From: Candidatus Eiseniibacteriota bacterium
GTDB taxonomy: Bacteria > Eisenbacteria > RBG-16-71-46
Length of the DNA: 64,000 nucleotides
Reading direction: 5' to 3'
NCBI GenBank assembly: GCA_963717935.1
Contig: CAVQXP010000003.1
Coordinates: forward strand, 40,203-104,202
How positions within the stretch are numbered: position 1 is the stretch's first letter; each line of letters opens with the position of its first letter. Made by a program: the position numbers and the translations under genes. The notes under the pieces were generated by a model. That model was not told the origin of the DNA. It ran no database searches and worked only from the letters and a program-made list of their open reading frames with translations. Of the stretch, positions 48,272 through 56,393 are shown piece after piece.

Positions 48272-50008
48272 CTAGTCGAGCCTGCCGGACTTCTGCAGCG
48301 CCAGGTTCAGGTTGCGCTCGGCGGCGGCGTAGTGCGGATCGATCTCGAGAGCGCGGCGCAGTTGTTGGATTGCCTCCTCGAAGCGACCCGTCTGGGCAAG
48401 GACAATGCCGAGATTGTTGTGGGCCTCGACGTAGTCGTGCTTCAGCCGGATCGCCTCGCGATAGTGCGAAATGGCCTCCTCGAGCCCGCCGTGGGCCGCC
48501 AGGGCAACGCCGAGATTGTTGTGGGCCTCGGCGTAGTCGTGCTTGAGCCGGATTGCCTCGCGATAGTGGGAAGTGGCCTCATCGAACTGGCCCTGGGCCG
48601 TCAGGGCAGTGCCGAGATTGTTGTGGGCCTCGGCGTAGTCGTGCTTCAGCCGGATTGCCTCGCGATAGTGAGAAACGGCCTCATCGAGCTTGCCCCGGGC
48701 GGCAAGGACGATGCCGAGATTGTTGTAGGCGACCTCGATCCGGTGCGGGAACTTCTGGATGGTGTCCGTCCACAGCGTCTCGGAGTTCTTCCACACGCCG
48801 CAGCGCGTCCAAGTCTGGTAGAGCGACAAGGGGAGCATCGCGATCAACACCGCGCCGATCACCAGGCGCGCGGGCCTCCCGGCCTGCCCGGGCCGAGGGC
48901 GCTCGTCGAGCCACCAGGTCAGGCCCAGCAGCAGCCCGATGTAGGGCACGTAGGTGTAGCGATCCGCCATCACCGCCTTGCCGACCGTGAAGAACTGGAG
49001 CACCAGCAGGATATTGATGAAGAAGAACGCCCAGCCGAACAGCACCGGGCGCAGGCGCCGGTAGACGAACAGCAGCGCCGGGAGGGCGACCAGCATGACC
49101 ACCAGCGCCCCGTAGAATTCCGGGCCGATGCCGCTGCCCTTGTCGGGGTAGGGATAGACGGCGGACAGGCCGACGGGAACGAACAGCTTGAGCACGTACA
49201 TGAGACTGCCGTACGAGGCGAACAGCAGCTTCTCGAAAAAACTCCAGGTGCCGACCGGGGCGACGGCCCCAACCGCCTGCTGGGCCTTGAGGGTGAGCCA
49301 TCCGGCGCCGATGGACAGCGCCAGAAGAGGCAACTTCTCCAGGACCAGCCGGATGCGGTCGGTGCGCCGGAAGAAGTAGTCGAGCGCGAGCAGCGTGAGC
49401 GGGAACACCACCGCGGCCGGCTTGGACGCCAGGGACAAGACGAAGGCCGCGAGGCAGACCGCGAACCAGGCCCAGCGCCGGCGTTCCAGGTAGCGCAGGT
49501 AGGCGATCAGGCCGAGGAGATAGAAGAGCGTGTAGAGCACGTCCTTGCGCTCGGCGATCCAGGCGACAGATTCGACGTGCATCGGGTGGATGCCGAAGAA
49601 CAGGCTGGTGGCGGTCGCGGTCCAGAACCGCCGCCGGGAGAGCATCCAGACGAACGCGAAGACGAGCCCGGTGTTCGCGAGGTGGAGCAGCAGGTTGAGC
49701 CAGTGATAGGAGGCTGGCTGGTAGCCCGAGATCCGGTAGTTGAGCGCCAGGGACAGCACGGTGAGCGGATGGTAGTTGCCGCCGAGGGGCGTCATCAGCA
49801 CGTCGACAGCGTGGGGACGAGCGACGAGTGGGTTCTCGGTTACGTAGACATCATCGTCCCAGTTGGTGAAACCGTTGCCGAGGCTCGGGAGGTAGACGAT
49901 GAACGTGAGCACCAGGATGCCGATCACCGCGAGACTCGGGATGTGGCGGTTCGCGGGGGGGGCGCCCCGCGGCTTGGCGCGGGCGGGCTCGACTCGCTTC
50001 TTGGTCAT
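48272..50008 (-). CDS. TMTC-like GT-C membrane glycosyltransferase (DUF1736-type) with C-terminal TPR repeats
   Basis: The N-terminal polytopic part has ..GNGFTNWDDDVYV.. and ..HPMHVESVAWIAERKD.. The C-terminal part has at least 4 TPR units (..AHNNLG..G...EA..HYREAIRLKHDY..). Confidence 0.8.
   Translation of the reverse strand: MTKKRVEPARAKPRGAPPANRHIPSLAVIGILVLTFIVYLPSLGNGFTNWDDDVYVTENPLVARPHAVDVLMTPLGGNYHPLTVLSLALNYRISGYQPASYHWLNLLLHLANTGLVFAFVWMLSRRRFWTATATSLFFGIHPMHVESVAWIAERKDVLYTLFYLLGLIAYLRYLERRRWAWFAVCLAAFVLSLASKPAAVVFPLTLLALDYFFRRTDRIRLVLEKLPLLALSIGAGWLTLKAQQAVGAVAPVGTWSFFEKLLFASYGSLMYVLKLFVPVGLSAVYPYPDKGSGIGPEFYGALVVMLVALPALLFVYRRLRPVLFGWAFFFINILLVLQFFTVGKAVMADRYTYVPYIGLLLGLTWWLDERPRPGQAGRPARLVIGAVLIAMLPLSLYQTWTRCGVWKNSETLWTDTIQKFPHRIEVAYNNLGIVLAARGKLDEAVSHYREAIRLKHDYAEAHNNLGTALTAQGQFDEATSHYREAIRLKHDYAEAHNNLGVALAAHGGLEEAISHYREAIRLKHDYVEAHNNLGIVLAQTGRFEEAIQQLRRALEIDPHYAAAERNLNLALQKSGRLD
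48369..48740. repeat. 102-bp tandem repeats (about 3.5 copies) encoding near-identical TPR units
   Basis: GCCGAGATTGTTGTGGGCCTCG.CGTAGTCGTGCTT.AGCCGGAT.GCCTCGCGATAGTG recurs at about 48407, 48509 and 48611, with a degenerate copy at about 48713. Confidence 0.85.
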
Positions 50009-50283
50009 CGTGAGGGTCTCGAGTGCGATGGTGCGGGCCGGGCTGGGGCTCGTGCGCGAGTGGAAGACCCGGCCTTGCTCATGTACGGCCTCCTGGCCCG
50101 AGCGGGCGGGCGCTCGGGGCTCCGAGGCGTGCGACTGCCCCCCGCGGGGGCGTGCGACATGACCGACGACATGATCGAATCAGCCCCGGCCGACCTGGCC
50201 GAGCCAGTTGCCAGAGTGTAGTCGCGGAACGTCCACCCACCTAGCGCGCGATGCGCTGTACCTGGTCTTCGGAGTCGGAGAGC

Positions 50284-51514
50284 TCAGTGATCCTCCGCCT
50301 CCTCGATCAGATGCAGCAGCACCTGCCCGCCCTCGGGGATGCTCGCGACGTCGCCGGGGATGAGCGCCAGCGCGTTGGCGCGGGCCATCGAGGAGAGCAC
50401 GCCCGAGCCCTGCGGGCCCGAGAGCCGCGCGTGCAACCCGCCGCCTTCCTCGCGCGCGAAGACCCGCAGGAAGTGCAGCCGGTCGTCCCCGGCCCGCCGC
50501 GTCCACGGCGTCTCGAGCGTGCCGCTGCCGCTCCGGGCGGAACAGGCGCGCGAAGCCCATCATGCGGCGCAGCAGCGGGCGGACGTACTCCTCCATCACG
50601 AGCATCGCGGCGACGGGATTGCCGGGGACGCCGAACACGGGCTTGCCGCCGAGCCGCCAGAGCCCGAGCGGCCCGGCGGGCTTCTGGGCGACGCGCCAGA
50701 AGACGCGCTCCGCGCCCAGTTCGTCGAGCACGTCCTTCACGCAGTCGTACTCGCCCATCGAGACGCCGCCGGTGGTCACGATCGCGTCCGCGGCGGCGGT
50801 CGCCTCGCGGAGCGCGCGCGCGACCTCTTCGCGGCGGTCGGACACGCGCGGGAAGGTCACGGGCAGCGCGCCGAAGGCCACGGCCTGCGCGCGCACGGCG
50901 TGCAGGTTGGCGTCGCGGATGCGCCCCGGCCCGGGTGGCTCGGCCACGTCCACGAGTTCGTCCCCGGTGGTGATGATCGCGAGCCGCGGCCGCGGATGGA
51001 CGGAGACCGTGGCGCAACCGGCCACGGCCAGCAGGCCGATGTCCGCGGGCCGCAGGACGTCGCCCCGCGCGATCACGCGGGCGCCGGTCGCCAGGTCCTC
51101 GCCCGCGAGGCGCACGTTCGCGCCTTCGCGCACGGGCCGGCGGACCTCGACGGCGTCGCCGGCCGACTCCGTGCTCTCGACCGGGACCACGGCGTCCGCG
51201 CCCGCGGGCAGCGGCGCGCCGGTCATGATCCGCAGCGCCGTGCCGGGCTCGACCGCGCGCGCCGCGACGTGGCCCGCGGGCACGTCTTCCAGCACGCGCA
51301 GGCGCGCGGGCGTCTGCGCGGTCGCACCCGCCACGTCCGCGGCGCGCACGGCGAAGCCGTCCATGCCGGAGTTGTCGAACGGTGGCGCGGGGTCGGCGGC
51401 GAGCACGTCCGCGGCCGCGACCAGTCCGAGCGCCTCGTCGAGCGGCACGCGCCGGGCGGGACTCGTCACGGCCGAGTCCAGCACGCGCTGCAGCGCCTCG
51501 CGGTGGGTGAGCAT
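50284..51514 (-). pseudogene. moeA: Molybdopterin molybdenumtransferase MoeA, apparent +1 frameshift near 50517-50535
   Basis: MoeA blocks ..PPFDNSGMDGFAV.. ..TTGDEL.. ..TTGGVSMGEYD.. ..GVPGNPVAA.. After ..MMGFARLFRPE.. the family-like tail LETPWTRRAGDDRLHFLRVFAREEGGGLHARLSGPQGSGVLSSMARANALALIPGDVASIPEGGQVLLHLIEEAEDH-stop (50286-50284) is in the next frame. Confidence 0.8.
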
Positions 51515-51519
51515 CGTGT

Positions 51520-51948
51520 CTACTCGATCACGCGGCGGTGGAGGAAGGACCAGTGCCGCCAGGACTTCGGCATGTGCGAGCCGATCGAGGCGACGGCGGT
51601 GGCGGCGAGGTAGAACTCGAGCCGCGCCGCGGGGAACAGCGCCCCCAGTCCGAGCAACGCCAGTTTCAGCAGGACCGCGACGCCGTTGCCCTGGTACAGG
51701 TACGCGCCGCTCTTCCAGAGGTCCACGCCCAGCAGCAGCAGCCCGCTGGCGATCGTGAGCGCGATGGCGGAGGTCAGCGCCGGCTCCGGGACCGAGTAGG
51801 CCACGCCGCCGAGCACGAGCCCCATCGCCACGACGTGCACCGTGCGCGCGGCCACCTGCACCGCGCGCAACCCGCGGAACGTGCGCGGGGGGCGGGGCGC
51901 GAGACGCTCGCGCAGGCTCCCGCGTTCGGCTGCGGCCCCGGCTGGCAT
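51520..51948 (-). CDS. Small membrane protein, unknown function
   Basis: The ATG at 51948 is 2 nt after the upstream stop. It has 3-4 TM helices (..VHVVAMGLVLGGV.. ..IALTIASGLLLLGV.. ..VAVLLKLALLGLGAL..). Confidence 0.5.
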   Translation of the reverse strand: MPAGAAAERGSLRERLAPRPPRTFRGLRAVQVAARTVHVVAMGLVLGGVAYSVPEPALTSAIALTIASGLLLLGVDLWKSGAYLYQGNGVAVLLKLALLGLGALFPAARLEFYLAATAVASIGSHMPKSWRHWSFLHRRVIE

Positions 51949-51950
51949 GG

Positions 51951-53534
51951 TCAGACGCCGATGCCCGGCATGCGCGGCATGGTGATGCGCTCGGACGTGG
52001 TCTTGCCCTGCGTGAAGTTCATGAGGTAGTCGGGGCCGCCGGCCTTCGAGTCGGTGCCCGAGAGGTTGAACCCGCCGAAGGGGTGCACGCCCACGAGCGC
52101 GCCGGTGCAGCCGCGGTTCAGATAGAGATTGCCGCAGTGGAACTCGTGCTTCGCGCGGTCGATCCGCTCGATGCTGGTCGAGTAGACCGCGCCGGTCAAC
52201 CCGTAGCGCGTGTCGTTGGCGATGTCCAGCGCCTGGTCGAAGCTCGTGGCCTCGATGACGGCCAGCACCGGCCCGAAGATCTCCTCCTGGCCGAGGAACG
52301 AGCGCGACGTCACCTGGTCGAAGATCGTGGGCGCGAGGTAGTGGCCCGGGCGGTCGAGCGCGTGCCCGCCCAGCAGCAGCCGGGCCTCCGCCTTGCCCCG
52401 TTCGATGGCCTTGAGGATGCCGGCGTGCGCCCTGGCGTTCGCCACCGGCCCGGTGAAGACGCAGGGGCCGTCCCACGGGAGCCCGGCGGGCAGCGGCTTC
52501 GTCTTCTCGAGGATCGACGCGACCAGGCGGTCCTTCACGGCCGCGTGGACGATGAGGCGCGAGCAGGCCGAGCACTTCTGTCCCTGGAAGCCGAAGGCCG
52601 AGCGCACCACGTCGCTCGCCGCCGCGTCCAGGTCGGCGGTCTCGTCCACGACGATGGCGTCCTTGCCGCCCATCTCCAGGACGAAGCGGGTCATCCACCG
52701 GCGCCCGGGCTCGGGCTTCGAGGCGATCTCGTTGATGCGCAGGCCCACGTCGGCCGAGCCGGTGAAGGAGACGAAGCGGACCTCGGGGTGCGTGACCAGG
52801 TAGTCGCCGACTTCGCCGCCGGGGCCGGGCAGCAGGTTGATGACGCCGTCGGGCACGCCGGCCTCGCGCGCCAGCGCGACGAAGCGCGCGGCGATCACCG
52901 GCGTGTCGGAGGAGGGCTTCAGGAGCACGGCGTTGCCGCTCACCACGGCGGCCATGGTCATGCCGGCCAGGATCGCGAGCGGGAAGTTCCACGGCGCGAT
53001 CACCGCGCCGACGCCCAGCGGGATGTAGTAGAAGCAGTTGTCCTCGGTCGGGATCCGGGTGAGCGGCTGGTACTGGAAGTGCTTGAGCGCCAGCCGCGCG
53101 TAGTACTCGCAGAAGTCGATGGCCTCGGCGATCTCGGCGTCGGCCTCGTACCAGTCCTTGCCGATCTCGTACGAGAGCAGCGCCAGGAAGTCGAACCGGT
53201 CGCGGCGGATGAGCGCGGCCAGCTTCATCAGCGTCTCGGCGCGGATCTCCGGGTCGGTGCGCGCCCAGGACGCGAAGGCCTTCCGCGCCTCGGCGATGGC
53301 CTCGTCCACGTGGGCGCGCGTGCAGCTGGCGGCCCGGCCGACCACGCGGTCGGGCAGGGCGGGGCAGAGCGAGACGATGCTCTTCGCGGTCTCGACGCTG
53401 CGGCCGCCGATGAGGGCGGGGTGGTAGCCGTCGAGCCCGCCCTCGAGCGCGGCGATGGCCCGCTCGGCCGCCTTGACGTTCGCGTCCAGCGAGTAGTCGC
53501 AGATGGGCTCGTTCTTGAAGCGCGTGCAGATCAT
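51951..53534 (-). CDS. pruA: L-glutamate gamma-semialdehyde (1-pyrroline-5-carboxylate) dehydrogenase, aldehyde dehydrogenase family
   Basis: ..APWNFPLAI.. ..FTGS..VG.. ..LEMGGKD.. ..GQKCSACSR.. ..EEIFGPVL.. ..NRGCTGALVGVHPFGG.NLSG.. is the PruA-type tail. ATG at 53534 follows GGGAGG. Confidence 0.9.
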   Translation of the reverse strand: MICTRFKNEPICDYSLDANVKAAERAIAALEGGLDGYHPALIGGRSVETAKSIVSLCPALPDRVVGRAASCTRAHVDEAIAEARKAFASWARTDPEIRAETLMKLAALIRRDRFDFLALLSYEIGKDWYEADAEIAEAIDFCEYYARLALKHFQYQPLTRIPTEDNCFYYIPLGVGAVIAPWNFPLAILAGMTMAAVVSGNAVLLKPSSDTPVIAARFVALAREAGVPDGVINLLPGPGGEVGDYLVTHPEVRFVSFTGSADVGLRINEIASKPEPGRRWMTRFVLEMGGKDAIVVDETADLDAAASDVVRSAFGFQGQKCSACSRLIVHAAVKDRLVASILEKTKPLPAGLPWDGPCVFTGPVANARAHAGILKAIERGKAEARLLLGGHALDRPGHYLAPTIFDQVTSRSFLGQEEIFGPVLAVIEATSFDQALDIANDTRYGLTGAVYSTSIERIDRAKHEFHCGNLYLNRGCTGALVGVHPFGGFNLSGTDSKAGGPDYLMNFTQGKTTSERITMPRMPGIGV

Positions 53535-53679
53535 CCTGGGCCTCCCGTGGGAATGACGCGGCCATTCTATCCCACGCCGCATCCGTCTGGCACCCCGCCG
53601 CGCGCCCTGAAAACCCGCGTGGGTTGTGGCATACTCCCCGCCGCGAACATCGGCTCACCCTGGAGTGCGCGGAGACGAC

Positions 53680-54462
53680 ATGGAGCCCATGGAACTCAAG
53701 GAGATGAAGGCGGCCCACCGGGTCCTGGCCGCGCTCGACTACCCGCCGGGCGAGGTCGAGCGCGGCTACGCGAACCGGACGCTGCACGTGGACCTGGGCG
53801 CGAACACGATCGAGGCCCGGCCGGTCACGCAGTACATGAAGGACTTCTTCACCGGCGGCAAGGGGTTCGACCTCTACCTGATGTGGAAGTCCGTCCCCGG
53901 CCCGATCCCCTGGGACGACCCGCGCAACGGGCTCTACTTCTCCGCGGGGCCGCTGGCCGGAACGCCGTATTTCTCGGGCTCGGGCAAGTGCCTGGTCACC
54001 GGCATCTCGCCGCTCACCAGCTCCGTCATGGACTGCAACGTCGGCGGGCACTTCGGGCCGCTGCTCAAGTTCGCCGGCTTCGACGCCCTCGAGGTGCGCG
54101 GCAAGGCCTCCGAGTTCGTGATGCTGGTCATCGACGGCGACGCGCACCGCGTCACGCTCGAGACCGCGCCGCACGAGGCGCTCGACTCCTACGACGTCGC
54201 CAGCCAGCTGCACCGCATGTACGCCCGCACGCCCGCCGAGCTGCAGGACATCTCGGTCGTGTCGGCGGGCCGGGGGGCGCTCCACACGCTGATCGGCTGC
54301 ATCAACATCTCGTTCTACGACTGGAAGCGCCACGAGCCGCGCCTCAAGCAGGCCGGCCGCGGCGGACTGGGCAGCGTGATGATGAACAAGCAGCTCAAGG
54401 CGATCGTGGCCCGGACGGCGAAGAACCGTCCGCGCTGGGCGATGTCGGTGGAGGCGCCATGA
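53680..54462 (+). CDS. Stand-alone aldehyde:ferredoxin oxidoreductase N-terminal (AFOR_N) domain protein
   Basis: ..GYANRTLHVDL.. ..FTGGKGFDLYL.. ..SAGPLAGT...GSGK..V.G.SPLT.......N.GG.FG..LK.AG.DALEV.G.. ..AGRGGLGSVMMNKQLKAIV.. covers the AOR N-domain only. The stop overlaps the next gene's ATG (ATGA), so no AOR domains 2/3 follow. Confidence 0.75.
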   Translation: MEPMELKEMKAAHRVLAALDYPPGEVERGYANRTLHVDLGANTIEARPVTQYMKDFFTGGKGFDLYLMWKSVPGPIPWDDPRNGLYFSAGPLAGTPYFSGSGKCLVTGISPLTSSVMDCNVGGHFGPLLKFAGFDALEVRGKASEFVMLVIDGDAHRVTLETAPHEALDSYDVASQLHRMYARTPAELQDISVVSAGRGALHTLIGCINISFYDWKRHEPRLKQAGRGGLGSVMMNKQLKAIVARTAKNRPRWAMSVEAP

Positions 54463-55010
54463 GCCCCGGAGGGAATGGCTCCATGCCTACGGTGATCGTT
54501 CCGGACGTGCTCGGGGTGGACGCCATCGTGGACCGCTGGGGCGCGGACCCCGAGTTCGCCGTCGAGATGCTGCAGGACGTCCAGAAGCACTACCGGCACC
54601 TGCCGAAGACCGCGCTCGAGCGCATCGCCGAGCGCACGCACGCCGACCTGGCGCGGCTCTACCACATCGCCACCTTCTTCAAGGCGTTCTCGCTGACGCC
54701 GCGCGGCGAGACCACGATCCAGGTCTGCACCGGCACCGCCTGCCACGTGCAGGGCGCGGCGCGGGTGCTCGACGCCTTCGGCCGCGAGCTGGGCGTGAAG
54801 CCGGGCGAGACCACCGCGGACCAGAAGTACAGCCTCGAGGGCGTGCGCTGCCTGGGCTGCTGCGGGCTGGCGCCGGTGGTGACCTTCGGAGCGGAGCTGG
54901 TCGGCGGGGTGGACTCCTCCAAGGTCGGCAAGCTGATGCGCCGGCACCGCAAGACCGGCTCCGTGGTCGCGCGGCAGGCGAGCGCCGCGGCGGAGGACGC
55001 CGATGCCTAG
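54459..55010 (+). CDS. NuoE/HndA-like [2Fe-2S] thioredoxin-like ferredoxin subunit
   Basis: ..LQDVQKHYRHLP.. ..IQVCTGTACHVQGA.. ..LEGVRCLGCCGLAPV.. carries the four-Cys NuoE pattern. Confidence 0.85.
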   Translation: MSPGGNGSMPTVIVPDVLGVDAIVDRWGADPEFAVEMLQDVQKHYRHLPKTALERIAERTHADLARLYHIATFFKAFSLTPRGETTIQVCTGTACHVQGAARVLDAFGRELGVKPGETTADQKYSLEGVRCLGCCGLAPVVTFGAELVGGVDSSKVGKLMRRHRKTGSVVARQASAAAEDADA

Positions 55011-56392
55011 GGTGACCCTCGAGAACCTCGACACCCTGGCGCGCGAGGCCCAGCGGCGCCACGCGGGCTGGAAGTCCATGCTCATGGTCTGCGCCGGCAC
55101 GGGCTGCGTCTCGGCCAAGTCGCTGCCCCTGCGCGATGCCTTCCGCCAGGAGCTCGAGCGCCGCGGCCTGCAGGACGAGATCAAGGTCGTGGCCACGGGC
55201 TGCAACGGCTTCTGCGCCCACGGGCCGATCTGCGTGGTCCAGCCCGAGGGCGTGTTCTACGAGCGCCTCAAGGCCGAGGCCGTGCCCGAGCTGATCGAGT
55301 CGCACTTCGTGAGGAAGCAGCCGCTCGAGGACTTCCTCTACCGCTCGAGCGGCGGCGAGAAGACGGTCCCGCTCGAGAAGGACATCGAGTTCTTCGCCAA
55401 GCAGCAGTGCATCGCGCTGCGCAACCGGGGCCGGATCGACCCCGAGGACATCACGGACGCGATCCGCACCGGCGCGTACCAGGCGCTCGCGAAGATCCTG
55501 CGCGAGGGGCTCGACGGCGACACGCTCGTCCAGCGACTGGTCCGCTCGGGGCTGCGCGGGCGCGGCGGCGGCGGTTTCCCCGCCGGCGTCAAGTGGAAGT
55601 CCTGCCTCGAGGCCGCGCGCGCGCAGGACGTGCGCCCCTTCATCGTCTGCAACGGCGACGAGGGCGACCCGGGCGCCTTCATGGACCGCAGCATCGTCGA
55701 GGCCGACCCGCACGCCGTGATCGAGGGCATGCTGATCGGCGCGCGGGCGCTCGGCGCCACCGAGGGCTTCGTCTACATCCGCCACGAGTACCCGCTGGCG
55801 CTCCAGCGTCTCATCCGGGCGCTCCAGCAGGCCCGCGAGTGGGGCCTGCTGGGCAAGGACATCCTGGGCACGGGGATGGAGTTCGACATCACCATCCACC
55901 GCGGCGCCGGCGCCTTCGTCTGCGGCGAGTCCACCGCGCTCATGGCCTCCATGGCGGGCCGCGCCGGCGAGCCCCGGGCGAAGTACGTGCACACCGTCGA
56001 GCACGGCTTCCGCGACCTGCCGACGGTGCTCAACAACGTCGAGACCTGGGCCAACATCCCGCAGATCGTCCTGAACGGTCCCGAGTGGTTCGCCGCGATC
56101 GGCACCGGCGACGTCTCGAAGTCGCCCTGGGGCGGCAGCAGCGGCACCAAGGTCTTCTCGCTGGTCGGCAACATCCGCAACTCGGGTCTGGTCGAGGTGC
56201 CGATGGGCATCACGCTGCGCGAGATCGTCTTCGACATCGGCGGCGGAATCCCGGACGGCAGGAAGTTCAAGGCCGTGCAGACCGGCGGCCCCTCGGGCGG
56301 CTGCCTGCCCGAGTCGAAGCTCGACCTGGCGGTGGGACTTCGACACGCTGGTCGAGGCCGGCTCCATGATGGGCTCGGGCGGCATGATCGTG
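55003..56392 (+). pseudogene. NuoF/HydB-like NAD(P)H-binding flavoprotein subunit, +1 frameshift near 56332-56336 and 3'-truncated at the composition junction
   Basis: N-terminal [2Fe-2S] Trx-like domain (..VCAGTGC..GCNGFCAHGP..), FMN/NADH blocks (..GLRGRGGGGFPAG.KW.. ..CNGDEGDPGAFMDR.. ..GAGAFVCGESTAL..), then in the next frame ..DFDTLVEAGSMMGSGGMIV. Similarity stops there and the C-terminal 4Fe-4S motif is absent. Confidence 0.85.
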
Positions 56393-56393
56393 C
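56392..56393. other. Abrupt base-composition and gene-content junction (probable chimeric join)
   Basis: At ..GGCATGATCGTG|CACCCAAGAC.. GC-rich sequence gives way to AT-rich sequence within a few nt. Both flanking genes lose family similarity here. Confidence 0.8.

Noticed and set aside
48369-48740. Regularly spaced repeats that could suggest a CRISPR array
   Set aside because: The period is 102 bp with no unique spacers, and the whole unit is repeated and translates in frame into TPR motifs of a long ORF. No cas genes are present.
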